From Chitinophagales bacterium (GTDB lineage: Bacteria > Bacteroidota > Bacteroidia > Chitinophagales > BACL12), in NCBI GenBank assembly GCA_044227505.1, contig JBGAWP010000011.1, forward strand, positions 424 through 64,423: DNA of 64,000 nucleotides. Reading direction: 5' to 3'. The notes beneath the pieces were generated by a model. That model was given only the letters and a program-made list of their open reading frames with translations. It was not told the DNA's origin and did not search any database. Made by a program: the position numbers and the translations under genes. The stretch's first letter is position 1; every line of letters starts with the position of its first letter. Shown here one piece after another: positions 29,220 to 38,955 of this stretch.

Positions 29220-29860
29220 GGTGTAAAGTTAAAGAATTGCTGCCACAGACATTTAAACTGCTACCAATATTAGGATAATCCGGACATAATCCCGATTTAA
29301 ATGTTTAAGGTTAAACAGAATCACGGAGAATGCGGCAGTTTTTTATTCCCTAACTTTACAGTACAAGTAGGTGGTATAAAGAGCTATAAGTGCAAGAAAT
29401 TGAGATTTTTACACTAAGCGTACTATAAAAGGCAAAATGCTATAGTGAAAGGTTATGATGTAGAATGTGGTAGTCCTGATTAATTAAAAAATTATGAAAG
29501 ATTTATTGAGCCTCATATTAGCAGTCTGCCTGATTTCCGGGTATTGTTTTTTTGCTGGAAAATATGTTTTATTATATAGTAAGAGAAAGGATGCAGGTTT
29601 TGAAGCAAACCATGAAAAGGATTTAGACAATTTAGATTTTATTCGTGGATATTCGTGATTGTATTTATAACTTGTGCAATAATATTCACATTTATTATCC
29701 CAGAATGACCAAGGTCAATTATACCTTTATTGAGACTGAATAAAAAGCGAGAGCCGTCATCCAAAGAAAATTTACAATTAAAAAAAATCAACTCAAATCC
29801 GAGATTAATTTATTAATTGAAATTAAACAATATCCTGTGTCCTACTTCCTATTTCAAATT

Positions 29861-30772
29861 TTACTCAAAAATATCAATAAGATCTTTCGATTTAAGATTT
29901 TCCTTATACTCTAAAAATTTTCCATAAATTAATTCACCGGTTTTAACGTTGTAAACCATAAATGAAATTAATTCACTATCACTCGTATAAATAAGTGCGT
30001 AGTCAATAGAGCCATTTAAAATTTTATTACCTAACTCTTCTGCGCTCAATATAGTGGCCTCATAAGGATAATCCTCAAGAAATTCTTCGGGACTTCTCAC
30101 CTTAAATTTACTTTCATTTACGTATTTTTTAGACAATTTCAAAACATAGTCCGGAATATATAAGGTATCCATTTTTAATTTTTCTATCTCTGATGGTATT
30201 GATATATTAGTGTCGAATTGGCTTACCGAATTTCCAGCAATAAGAAAATCATTTATTGTCTTCACAAATAATTTTAAAAAACCAGCATTATAATTATGGT
30301 ATGGTATTTCATAAAGATACTCTTCTCCCTTTTCGATTCCCTCTGTTTCAATTGACCTATCTATATACAAGTGCATAGAGGCAATATTTTTCCATGATAC
30401 TTTACTCTTATCTGAATTTTCTACCTTTAATTGCAATTTAAAATACACACTTGATAAAATTTTAGGGGTTGCAAGAAATCCTTGCATTTTCATATAAGAA
30501 TATCCATCTTCATTCTCATAATATTTCAACTCATCGTATGTGATCACTTCGAACTTTGTTAGTGTCCATGATTTCTCTAAAGCTCTTTCAATTATATCTA
30601 AAGAGTCTTTATAGTTATCTGTAACAACGAAAACCAAAGTGGTTTTCTTTACCTCTTCGATGTTTTCTGCAAACACAGATTTTGAATAATGATAAACTTC
30701 TATTTGTCCATAAACTAAAGAATTATTAGAAAATAAAAAAATAATACAAATAAATTTTAATAAAAATTTCAT
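29861..30772 (-). CDS. Hypothetical secreted protein, 303 aa
   Basis: It has a signal peptide (FLFSNNSLVYGQ) and coding-like composition. No domain was recognised. Confidence 0.65.
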   Translation of the reverse strand: MKFLLKFICIIFLFSNNSLVYGQIEVYHYSKSVFAENIEEVKKTTLVFVVTDNYKDSLDIIERALEKSWTLTKFEVITYDELKYYENEDGYSYMKMQGFLATPKILSSVYFKLQLKVENSDKSKVSWKNIASMHLYIDRSIETEGIEKGEEYLYEIPYHNYNAGFLKLFVKTINDFLIAGNSVSQFDTNISIPSEIEKLKMDTLYIPDYVLKLSKKYVNESKFKVRSPEEFLEDYPYEATILSAEELGNKILNGSIDYALIYTSDSELISFMVYNVKTGELIYGKFLEYKENLKSKDLIDIFE

Positions 30773-30915
30773 AGGAAAAGTTTAGGGTTTAATTAATAGG
30801 GCTAATAAATTTCAACCAAATTTCGTTAATTCAGTAGAATTCTCCATATTTTAAGAAAATTAGCGCTAATTAAAAAATCAAATAGGTGGATAATCCCCCA
30901 ATCAAACGACTACTC

Positions 30916-30975
30916 TGTCCTTTGTCCAATTTACAATGTCATTTGTCAGTCCTATGTCCCGTGTCCTAAATCCTA
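30916..30975. repeat. TGTCC-word array abutting the exbD stop codon
   Basis: tgtcctttgtccaatttacaatgtcatttgtcagtcctatgtcccgtgtcctaaatcct. The block tgtcctttgtcca is shared with 27886-27898. Confidence 0.8.
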
Positions 30976-30976
30976 A

Positions 30977-31378
30977 CTAGAAGTTACTCTTATCCGTCGC
31001 CATTACAATCCTTACATGATTTTTCGCGCCAATCTGAAGCACATCCACAAGATCCTGAATGGTTAATGTTGCATCTGCGCGAAGTACTACAACTTTTTCG
31101 GTTGAGCTTGCAGTTGCATTATTGAGTTCCATTTCGAGCATGTCGAAACTCACCTGACGATCGTCGATGAAATATTCTTTTGCAGCATTTACTGTAAGTG
31201 TAACATCTTGTTTGCTATAAGTATCTGTAGTTCCGCTTTGCGGCAGTAATACTTTTATCACGTTTGGATTTGCCAAAGTGGAAATGATCAAAAAGAATAA
31301 CATCAGGAAGAACATAATATCGTTCATCGTTGACGAAAACACTTCGAGATCGTAATGTTTTTTTCTTCCTATTTTCAT
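30977..31378 (-). CDS. exbD: ExbD/TolR family biopolymer transport protein
   Basis: 133 aa with an N-terminal TM segment (MNDIMFFLMLFFLII) and a periplasmic domain. It overlaps exbB by 1 nt. Confidence 0.88.
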   Translation of the reverse strand: MKIGRKKHYDLEVFSSTMNDIMFFLMLFFLIISTLANPNVIKVLLPQSGTTDTYSKQDVTLTVNAAKEYFIDDRQVSFDMLEMELNNATASSTEKVVVLRADATLTIQDLVDVLQIGAKNHVRIVMATDKSNF

Positions 31379-32070
31379 TATTCTTTAGTATTAATGATAC
31401 GTATAAAATCAAAGGCCGCACGCTGCAATCTCAATGCAAAACGTTCAATTTTCATTGTAAGTAAGTTAAATGCACCATATGCGATAATACCAGTTAATAA
31501 TCCGAATCCACTGGTGATCATTTTCTGATATAAACCTGCGGAGATAACAGAGATACTGATATCGTTCGTTGTAGAAATATCATAAAAGATGGTGATAACA
31601 CCGGCAATGGTTCCGATAAATCCGAGCATGGGAGCTATACCTGCAACAATTCTCAACACACCCATATGTTTTTCCATTTCCAGAATTTCGATGTTGGAAG
31701 CAGTTTCCAATCCTGATTCCACTTCATTCATCGGACTACCAACCATGTCCAATCCAGTGTCAACAACCCTCGCTACGGAAGTATTTACATTTGCCACATA
31801 TCCTTTTGCCGACTTTAAATTTCCTAAAACGAGTTGATCTCTTACTTGTGGAATTAATCTGTTATCAATTTTTGATTGGGCATTTATGGTGATGAATTTA
31901 TATATCCAAACATAAATTGTGATCACCAATAAAATAGCGATCGGTATCATTACCGGACCACCCTTTGCAAGCAGTTCAAATATTCTCAGTTTTTCCTGTG
32001 GTTCCACTGCGGGTGTTGTAAGTGTTGACACAGCAGTGTCCTGTATTTGAAGAATGAATGATAAAACCAT
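31378..32070 (-). CDS. exbB: MotA/TolQ/ExbB proton-channel family protein
   Basis: Three TM segments and the conserved LRIVAGIAPMLGFIGTIAGVI block. Confidence 0.9.
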   Translation of the reverse strand: MVLSFILQIQDTAVSTLTTPAVEPQEKLRIFELLAKGGPVMIPIAILLVITIYVWIYKFITINAQSKIDNRLIPQVRDQLVLGNLKSAKGYVANVNTSVARVVDTGLDMVGSPMNEVESGLETASNIEILEMEKHMGVLRIVAGIAPMLGFIGTIAGVITIFYDISTTNDISISVISAGLYQKMITSGFGLLTGIIAYGAFNLLTMKIERFALRLQRAAFDFIRIINTKE

Positions 32071-32526
32071 AATTAGTATCTATTTAAATAAATTTACAAT
32101 ATTGATTCAGCTTGCCTAAATTATAAATACAAATAAACAGCTAAAAGTGTAGAGTTATTGGCTATATTCTGATAACTTATTAGTTAGGTAATTGTTTGAT
32201 GTACAGTATTATAAACATCAAACAATATGGTTTTTCCTCATATATAACACAAATACGAAATGTTGTGCCAAATTATTGTGTGAATTCAATTTTAAACAAA
32301 AAATGATTCCAGGGTTCTCTAATGCTTTGAAGTTATTTTTTTACCTAAAGGTCCCAAAGAAGCCAAAAAAGAGCACTATGTTAAATCCAAAATACCTTGT
32401 GTCCCTTGTGTGTTCCCTTGAGATCTTTGTGGTTGTTTTTTTTATTTATATTGTGTTAAAAAGGGGAATTAATGAACATTACACGGACAATAGGACTTCT
32501 ATTATTGAAATCAAAATATAGCTTTT

Positions 32527-32595
32527 ATTCGTGCATTCGTGGTAACTTTTTTTGTCCATTATTTAGGTTCAAAGAGTTGCCACGAATGCACGAAT
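32527..32595. repeat. Long hairpin: 20-nt arms (19/20 paired) with a 29-nt loop, built from ATTCGTG words
   Basis: attcgtgcattcgtggtaac ... gttgccacgaatgcacgaat. Confidence 0.85.
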
Positions 32596-32683
32596 GAACA
32601 GTCGGTGTATGGACCTTTTTAACCCAATAAATATTTATACCAGGAAATGGCTGAATGTGTTAGCAGGCAATAAATCGGGAAGG

Positions 32684-33451
32684 TCAGGGCACAAAGAGCT
32701 CAGGATGTTCGATTCTTTTGATAATTCCTTGTTCAATGTCGGGGAGACTTTCGAACAGATCAAGGCACGAATCAATTACAAAGTAGGTAGCCTGAAATTT
32801 ATCCTTGATGTAAGGTGTATCCAAAATTTTATCGGGATTATAATCCAAGCGTTTGGAAGGAATTCCTGATTTTAAACAATAAATACTTTCTCCTTGGGAG
32901 GATAATATTCCGGAACCATAAATGCGTAATAATCCATTATCGCGGATTAAGCCAAACTCCACGGTATACCAGTAAATTCTCGAAATTAGCTCTACTCCCA
33001 CGGGATTATCGATATAACTGAGCGCTATTTTACTCAATCCGTATAAATAAGCGCAGTAAGTTTTGTTGGTTAAAAGCGGAAGGTGGGCAAACACATCGTG
33101 AAACATGTCCGGCTCCTCCAGATAATCCAATTGCTCCATGGTTCTCAACCAGGTGCTAGCAGGGAATTTTCTGTTTTTTAATAATTCGAAAAACTCTTTG
33201 TTGCCGATGAGTCCGGGCACCACAACTGCATTCCATCCTGTAAGCGTGTCTAATCTTATATTAAACTCGTCGAATTTGGGGATGGAATCGGCAGTAAAGT
33301 GAATCGTTTCAATTCCATCCATAAATACCTGCGCCGCACGATCCTTCAGAAGCGCCATTTGTCGGTCGAAAAGTATCTCCCAAACCTTAAAATGTTCGGG
33401 GGTGTATTGTGAGTAGTCCTGGGTTAATTTTTCTACTGTTAAATTCTCCAT
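32684..33451 (-). CDS. phhA: Phenylalanine 4-hydroxylase (aromatic amino acid hydroxylase)
   Basis: EPDMFHDVFAHLPLL (H-x4-H iron ligands) and YWYTVEFGL. The size is typical of a bacterial PAH. Confidence 0.9.
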   Translation of the reverse strand: MENLTVEKLTQDYSQYTPEHFKVWEILFDRQMALLKDRAAQVFMDGIETIHFTADSIPKFDEFNIRLDTLTGWNAVVVPGLIGNKEFFELLKNRKFPASTWLRTMEQLDYLEEPDMFHDVFAHLPLLTNKTYCAYLYGLSKIALSYIDNPVGVELISRIYWYTVEFGLIRDNGLLRIYGSGILSSQGESIYCLKSGIPSKRLDYNPDKILDTPYIKDKFQATYFVIDSCLDLFESLPDIEQGIIKRIEHPELFVP

Positions 33452-33764
33452 AATTTCGGCTGTGTTCGATATTTAACGCTAATTTACGATAAAAAGGAGT
33501 GGTTTGTTGCATATATTTGTAATAAAGGTGTAATAGTTAACAAAGGATTCACATTTTTAGATGGTAGTTAGCAGTGGGCAGGTTGACGGAGTGATGATTT
33601 TTTCTTCGAATAAAACTTAATTGGATGATAAACCTTTTAAATATTAAATCTCAAGGTTAAAAGCAGGAAGCAACCTGAAATTTTTAAATATAAACGCGAA
33701 AATAAATTCCAAATGATAGAGATAAATTAACATGCGTAATCTCTAACTACTGTATACTATATTC

Positions 33765-34055
33765 TCATTTAATAATTATATCCTTCACCACCTTCTCTCC
33801 TAACTCCTCATTTATGCGCGCTACAATATTTTCCTTCGAAAATTTGAGGTCTTGTTTGAGGGGAGCTGATTCTATAAAAACGGTTAATACACCTTTATAC
33901 AAATGCATTCCCGTGGTATAGTTTTTTATACTTTTACCCATTACCTTTTCCCAAAGCTCCTTAATACGTACCTCTGCGATCTTTTCGTCGAGATGGTAAC
34001 TTTTAAACAGTAATTTTATTTCTTTACCTATCTCCTTTTCGTTGTCTTTTTTCAC
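33765..34055 (-). CDS. DUF721 domain-containing protein
   Basis: 96 aa, immediately downstream of recF as is typical. LW..VMG..I...T....L..GVL.V...S......L. Confidence 0.8.
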   Translation of the reverse strand: MKKDNEKEIGKEIKLLFKSYHLDEKIAEVRIKELWEKVMGKSIKNYTTGMHLYKGVLTVFIESAPLKQDLKFSKENIVARINEELGEKVVKDIIIK

Positions 34056-34064
34056 AGGCTAAAT

Positions 34065-35159
34065 TTACTGAATTTTACCATTAATTACATGAAAATGATC
34101 AAAAATTTCCAAATATTCCTCACAAAATTCTGCACTGCGGTGTTCATCGGCATCGGTGATGAATATCTGGATGAAATCTTCCGTGGATAAAATTTTAAAT
34201 AAAATTTCGAGTCGGCGTTTATCCAATTTTTCAAAAACATCATCCAGCAATAAGATCGCCTTTTTACCGGTAAGCATGTACATCATTTTAAATTGCGCCA
34301 ATTTCAGTGCAATAAGAAATGATTTAATTTGTCCCTGACTACCAATATCGCGCAGCAAATTCTCATTGATGGAAAAACGGATATCATCTTTGTGAATTCC
34401 GGTTGTGGTGCGCTGTGCATTTAAATCCTCCCGCAAACTTTCCTTTAATAACTGTAAATGATTTTCGAGCGATAAATTGGAAATATATTCTATCGCCCCT
34501 ATTTCCTTTTCTTCTGAAATTAAACTATATAAATTTGCAAATACAGGTAAAAATTCCTCGAGATATTTTTTTCTTTCCTCAAAAATAAAATCACCGTGTC
34601 CTGCGAGTTGTGTACTCAGTACATTCAATAAAGTTTCATCGGGAAATCCGGTATTGCCAACGTTTTTTAACAGCGAATTGCGTTGAACCAATATTTTATT
34701 ATAGGTAATTAATCTCTGTAAATAAATATTATTCACCTGTGCAATTGCGGCGTCTAAAAATCGCCTCCTCTCCTCACTGCCATCGTTTATTATTGCAATA
34801 TCATCAGGAGCAACCATAACAACGGGAATATTTCCGATATGATCACTGAGTTTATCGTAAATTACACCGTTTTTAAAAAATTCCTTTTTTTGTTTTGTGA
34901 ACTTACAGGTAATACGTGTTTTTTCTTCCCCCAAAATAAAATCACCATCCAAGCGAAAAAACTCAGATCCATGGTTTAGCACGTTAAGATCAGACCTGGT
35001 AAAATAACTTTTACACATACATAAATAGTGAATTGCGTCAATAAGATTTGTTTTGCCGGAGCCGTTCAAACCATTGATAAGGCAGAATTTGTTCTCAAAA
35101 CTGACGGAAACCTCGCCGTAGTTCTTGTAATGAAGTATGTGAATACCTGTTAAAAACAC
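34065..35159 (-). CDS. recF: DNA replication/repair protein RecF (probable GTG start at 35159; the track ORF extends to a TTG at 35243)
   Basis: (V)FLTGIHILHYKNY...GLNGSGKTNLIDAIHYL and the signature/Walker B LLLDDVFEKLD. The GTG start gives the canonical 364 aa and removes the overlap with divergent pdhA. Confidence 0.9.
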   Translation of the reverse strand: MFLTGIHILHYKNYGEVSVSFENKFCLINGLNGSGKTNLIDAIHYLCMCKSYFTRSDLNVLNHGSEFFRLDGDFILGEEKTRITCKFTKQKKEFFKNGVIYDKLSDHIGNIPVVMVAPDDIAIINDGSEERRRFLDAAIAQVNNIYLQRLITYNKILVQRNSLLKNVGNTGFPDETLLNVLSTQLAGHGDFIFEERKKYLEEFLPVFANLYSLISEEKEIGAIEYISNLSLENHLQLLKESLREDLNAQRTTTGIHKDDIRFSINENLLRDIGSQGQIKSFLIALKLAQFKMMYMLTGKKAILLLDDVFEKLDKRRLEILFKILSTEDFIQIFITDADEHRSAEFCEEYLEIFDHFHVINGKIQ

Positions 35160-35221
35160 TGTTTGTTTAAATTGTAACCCGCTTTTCTTACCTTTGCACT
35201 TCGAATTTTCGAAGAAGATAC

Positions 35222-36217
35222 ATGGATCGCTCAAAAATAACAAAAGAAACCTACCTCGAATGGTATGAACTGATGTACAAAATGCGTCGCTTTGAGGAAA
35301 AAGCAGGGCAATTGTATGGTCAGCAGAAGATCAGAGGGTTTTGTCATTTGTATATTGGTCAGGAAGCAATTGCTGCCGGAACCATTAGTGCGACAAGGCA
35401 TGAAGATCCCATTATCACTGCGTATCGCGATCACGGATTAGCAATTGCCAAGGGAATTAGCTGTAATGCTGCCATGGCAGAATTATTCGGAAAGGTGACG
35501 GGTTGCACAAAAGGGAAGGGTGGTTCGATGCACTTTTTCTCTAAACAAAATTATTTTTTCGGGGGACATGGTATCGTTGGAGCTCAAATTCCAATGGGTG
35601 CGGGAATCGGATTTGCAGAGCAATATAAGGGAAGTGGCAATGTTTGTCTCTGTTATTTTGGTGATGGTGCTGTTCGTCAGGGTTCGGTGCATGAAACATT
35701 TAATATGGCCATGTTGTGGAAATTACCTGTTGTATTTATTTGTGAGAATAACGGTTATGCCATGGGAACTTCCCTGGAAAGGTCCACCAATCAGCTTGAT
35801 ATGTATAAAATAGGTGCTGCTTACGATATGCCTTCTTATCCTGTGGATGGAATGCAACCGGAAACAGTGCATGCTTCCATATATGAAGCGGTGGAAAGGG
35901 CAAGAAACGGAGAAGGACCAACATTTTTAGAGATTAGAACCTATCGCTATCGGGGACATTCGATGAGCGATCCGGCGAAATACAGGTCAAAGGAGGAAGT
36001 AGAAGAATATAAAATGCGAGATCCTCTGGAAACCACTTTACAGAAAATATTGGATAAAAAATATGCAAATCAGAAAGAGATAGATGATATGCATGAACGC
36101 ATTGAGAAAGAAATTGATGAATGTGTGAAGTTCTCTGAAGAATCTCCATATCCACAAGATGATGCGATATTTGAAGATATTTATATGCAACAAGATTACC
36201 CATTTATTAAAGACTAA
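35222..36217 (+). CDS. pdhA: Pyruvate dehydrogenase E1 component subunit alpha
   Basis: GFCHLYIGQEA, the TPP motif YFGDGAVRQGSVHETFNMAMLWKLPVVFICENNGYAMGT, and YRYRGHSMSDP. Confidence 0.93.
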   Translation: MDRSKITKETYLEWYELMYKMRRFEEKAGQLYGQQKIRGFCHLYIGQEAIAAGTISATRHEDPIITAYRDHGLAIAKGISCNAAMAELFGKVTGCTKGKGGSMHFFSKQNYFFGGHGIVGAQIPMGAGIGFAEQYKGSGNVCLCYFGDGAVRQGSVHETFNMAMLWKLPVVFICENNGYAMGTSLERSTNQLDMYKIGAAYDMPSYPVDGMQPETVHASIYEAVERARNGEGPTFLEIRTYRYRGHSMSDPAKYRSKEEVEEYKMRDPLETTLQKILDKKYANQKEIDDMHERIEKEIDECVKFSEESPYPQDDAIFEDIYMQQDYPFIKD

Positions 36218-36232
36218 TTTATAAAATACGTT

Positions 36233-36922
36233 ATGGCAGAAATTAAAAAAATAACTGAAGAAACTCCCGCTGAAGAAAAGGGAACATACTTAAATGTGGA
36301 AGATTTCTTCATGAAGAACCGCAACATGATAATTGGTGTACTAGCGATCATAGTTATCGGTATTGGCGGATATTTCGGTTATAAAAAATTATATATGGAA
36401 CCGCGTGTAGCTGATGCACAAAATACAATTTCGGGCGCACAGAACTATTTCATGAAAGATTCCATCGACCTCGCATTAAATGGTGACGGTTCCACAATGG
36501 GCTTTTTAAGTATCATAGATCAGTATGGCAATACCCCTACAGGAAATCTTGCACATTATTATGCAGGTGTTTGTTATATGAAAAATAATGATATTGACAA
36601 TGCAATAAAACAACTGGAAGCCTACAAACCGGGCACTGATGAAATTGCAGGTAAAACATATGAATTATTAGGTCATATGTATGCCGATAAAAAAGAATAT
36701 AAGAAAGCAATTGATCTATATATTAAAGCCGGAGAATCGGCGGATAATAATCTGCAAAGTCCTTTATATTATAAATTCGCCGGCGATCTTATGTCGGAAG
36801 AAAATGATCTGAAAGGCGCTTTGGAAATGTATAGAAAAATAAAACAGCTCTATCCGCTTTCACCGGAAGGAATGAATATCGACAGCGATATTTCATATGC
36901 GGAAACCAAACTGGGTGAATAA
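36233..36922 (+). CDS. Membrane-anchored tetratricopeptide-repeat protein (YfgM-like)
   Basis: It has one N-terminal TM segment and TPR-like helices. It sits upstream of ribH, as in many Bacteroidota. Confidence 0.7.
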   Translation: MAEIKKITEETPAEEKGTYLNVEDFFMKNRNMIIGVLAIIVIGIGGYFGYKKLYMEPRVADAQNTISGAQNYFMKDSIDLALNGDGSTMGFLSIIDQYGNTPTGNLAHYYAGVCYMKNNDIDNAIKQLEAYKPGTDEIAGKTYELLGHMYADKKEYKKAIDLYIKAGESADNNLQSPLYYKFAGDLMSEENDLKGALEMYRKIKQLYPLSPEGMNIDSDISYAETKLGE

Positions 36923-36928
36923 ATAATA

Positions 36929-37420
36929 ATGGGCTCTAAACATCAGAATCTTTCCCATATTCGTGAAGAAACAATTCCTTCGGGCGAAAAATTTCGTTTC
37001 GGTATTGTTGTTTCTGAATGGAATTCTGTGATCACCGAAAAATTATATCAGGCATGTCATGCCTCTTTACTAAAGTACCAAACAAAATCAGAAAATATTA
37101 TTACTGTTTATGTTCCCGGTAGTTTTGAATTGCCACAAGCGGCTCAATTACTATTGGAATCGCAGGAACTGGATGCAATAATTTGTCTGGGTTGCATCAT
37201 TAAAGGGGAAACTACACACGATCACTATATTGCCGCTGCAGTTGCACACGGTATTATGAATTTAAGTATTGATTATTCCACTCCTGTTATTTTCGGAGTG
37301 CTCACAACAAACGATGAACAACAGGCATTAGATCGCTCTGGCGGAAAATATGGAAATAAGGGCGATGAGTCAGCAGTTACTGCACTCAAAATGGCTGCGC
37401 TTCGGGAGAAATTGATTTAG
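36929..37420 (+). CDS. ribH: 6,7-dimethyl-8-ribityllumazine synthase
   Basis: FGIVVSEWN..IT, VPGSFELP, ICLGCIIKGET.H and GNKG.E. Confidence 0.95.
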   Translation: MGSKHQNLSHIREETIPSGEKFRFGIVVSEWNSVITEKLYQACHASLLKYQTKSENIITVYVPGSFELPQAAQLLLESQELDAIICLGCIIKGETTHDHYIAAAVAHGIMNLSIDYSTPVIFGVLTTNDEQQALDRSGGKYGNKGDESAVTALKMAALREKLI

Positions 37421-37432
37421 CATGCAAACGAT

Positions 37433-37493
37433 GCGCGAATCCACAACATTGGAATCACGGATTATTATGGATTTCGCGGATTGCACGGATTTG
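37433..37493. repeat. CRCGGATT-word array with an internal hairpin
   Basis: gcgcgaatcc...aatcacggatt...ggatttcgcggattgcacggatttg. Confidence 0.75.
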
Positions 37494-37562
37494 TAATGTT
37501 TTAATTGATTAGGAAACTGCTGGAAAATCACGCATTAGCAAATAATTAATTACTTTAGCCCA

Positions 37563-38417
37563 ATGCAACTGATATCTGTAAATTCTGGAATGTTCAAATT
37601 GGATGGCGGTGCCATGTTTGGTGTGGTGCCAAAAAAGATCTGGAGTAAACTTATTCCAGCTGATGAAAATAATTTATGTACCTGGGCAATGCGTAATTTA
37701 GTTGTGGTGGCTTCAGGAAAAGTAGTGTTGATCGATTGCGGTATGGGGACAAAACAGGATGAAAAATTCTTCAGCCATTATGAACCGCATGGTGATTTTA
37801 CATTAAATTCAAATCTGAAAGAAAACGGTATTTTACCGGAAGATATCACAGATGTTTTTCTAACACATTTGCATTTCGATCACTGCGGTGGTGCGGTAAA
37901 AAAAGACGACAGAGGCAAATTGGTTCCCGCCTATCCGAATGCGCGTTATTGGAGTAATGAAAAACAATGGAACTGGGCAACTAATCCGAATTCACGGGAA
38001 AAAGCATCGTTTTTAAAAGAAAATTTTCTCCCGTTGCAACAACATGGAGTGCTTCATTTTATAGAGGAACATGAAGAATTATTTCCCGGATTTTCGACCA
38101 TCTGGACATACGGACATACCGAAGCTATGATGTTACCTGTCATTAAATTCAGGGATAAAACTATTGTGTATTGTGCCGATCTTTTGCCTTCTTATGCCCA
38201 TATTCCTATCCCTTATGTTATGGGTTACGATATTCGTCCGCTTGTTTCCATTAAGGAAAAGGAAAGTTTTTTAAAGGAAGCTAACGACAAAAAATATATC
38301 CTGTTCTTTGAACATGATGCTTTACATGAGTGTTGCACCCTGCAGATGACAGATAAAGGCATTCGGCATAAGGACTTTTACAACTTATCAGAGATTCCTG
38401 TAACGGCGCTTTTTTAA
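37563..38417 (+). CDS. MBL-fold metallo-hydrolase
   Basis: THLHFDHCGG (HxHxDH motif), with downstream His/Asp ligands. Confidence 0.85.
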   Translation: MQLISVNSGMFKLDGGAMFGVVPKKIWSKLIPADENNLCTWAMRNLVVVASGKVVLIDCGMGTKQDEKFFSHYEPHGDFTLNSNLKENGILPEDITDVFLTHLHFDHCGGAVKKDDRGKLVPAYPNARYWSNEKQWNWATNPNSREKASFLKENFLPLQQHGVLHFIEEHEELFPGFSTIWTYGHTEAMMLPVIKFRDKTIVYCADLLPSYAHIPIPYVMGYDIRPLVSIKEKESFLKEANDKKYILFFEHDALHECCTLQMTDKGIRHKDFYNLSEIPVTALF

Positions 38418-38519
38418 TTTATTCCAAAGTATTACTTCCCAACCTTTCATATAAAATCACAAATTATTATCTTTGCCGCCCGAAGTGATGGAAATATGTG
38501 TTTTTGTCACCAAAAAAAT

Positions 38520-38593
<74 letters not shown>

Positions 38594-38596
38594 CAA

Positions 38597-38635
38597 ATTA
38601 ATTAGCAAATGAGTTAATTAGCAAATTAGCAAATG
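38597..38635. repeat. ATTAGCAA octamer words
   Basis: attaattagcaaatgagttaattagcaaattagcaaatg. The same word occurs at 8796-8842 and 38701-38770. Confidence 0.85.
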
Positions 38636-38685
38636 AACCCATCCTCCAAGTGAAAATATTTCTTGGGTGATGGGTTTTTCTTTTC
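38636..38685 (+). terminator. Rho-independent terminator after the tRNA
   Basis: Stem aacccatcctccaag / cttgggtgatgggtt (15-nt arms with a 2-nt internal mismatch, 13 bp paired) is followed by tttttctttt. Confidence 0.7.
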
Positions 38686-38700
38686 ATGTAAGGTAACCAT

Positions 38701-38770
38701 GATTAGAATGATTAGCAAATTAGCCCCCGCCTGCTTCGCATTCGGGCAGGAATTAGCAAATTAGCAAATG
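38701..38770. repeat. ATTAGCAA words flanking a CCTGC..GCAGG hairpin
   Basis: gattagaatgattagcaaattagcccccgcctgcttcgcattcgggcaggaattagcaaattagcaaatg. Confidence 0.85.
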
Positions 38771-38955
38771 AGGGACCCCGCTTTGATCCTTGAGCTCAAT
38801 TTTCCGGGTTAACCAATTATCAATGTGTATCCACAACTGTGTGAAATTTCCCCAGATTACGATGATTTTCAACTTTTTTTTGGGAGATAATCGCTGATAT
38901 TCATGCTTTTGGTGTTATGGAACATTTTTTGAACCATCTCTCTAAAAAAGATACT

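Noticed and set aside
29494-29658. 54-codon ORF (MKDLLSLILAVCLISGYCFFAGK...) as a small membrane protein gene
   Set aside because: It has a hydrophobic N-terminus, but there is no other support. Its 3' end runs into ATTCGTG repeat words, and it is too short to judge without conservation data.
32192-32521. 109-aa ORF in the exbB-phhA spacer, and the 63-aa ORF at 54428-54619
   Set aside because: They have AT-rich, low-complexity sequence with no recognisable motifs. They sit in spacers containing repeat words and are probably non-coding.
38594-38916. Genomic-island integration site downstream of the tRNA(CAU)
   Set aside because: There is no integrase, no direct repeat of the tRNA 3' end and no foreign-looking genes. 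The region holds only a terminator and ATTAGCAA arrays.
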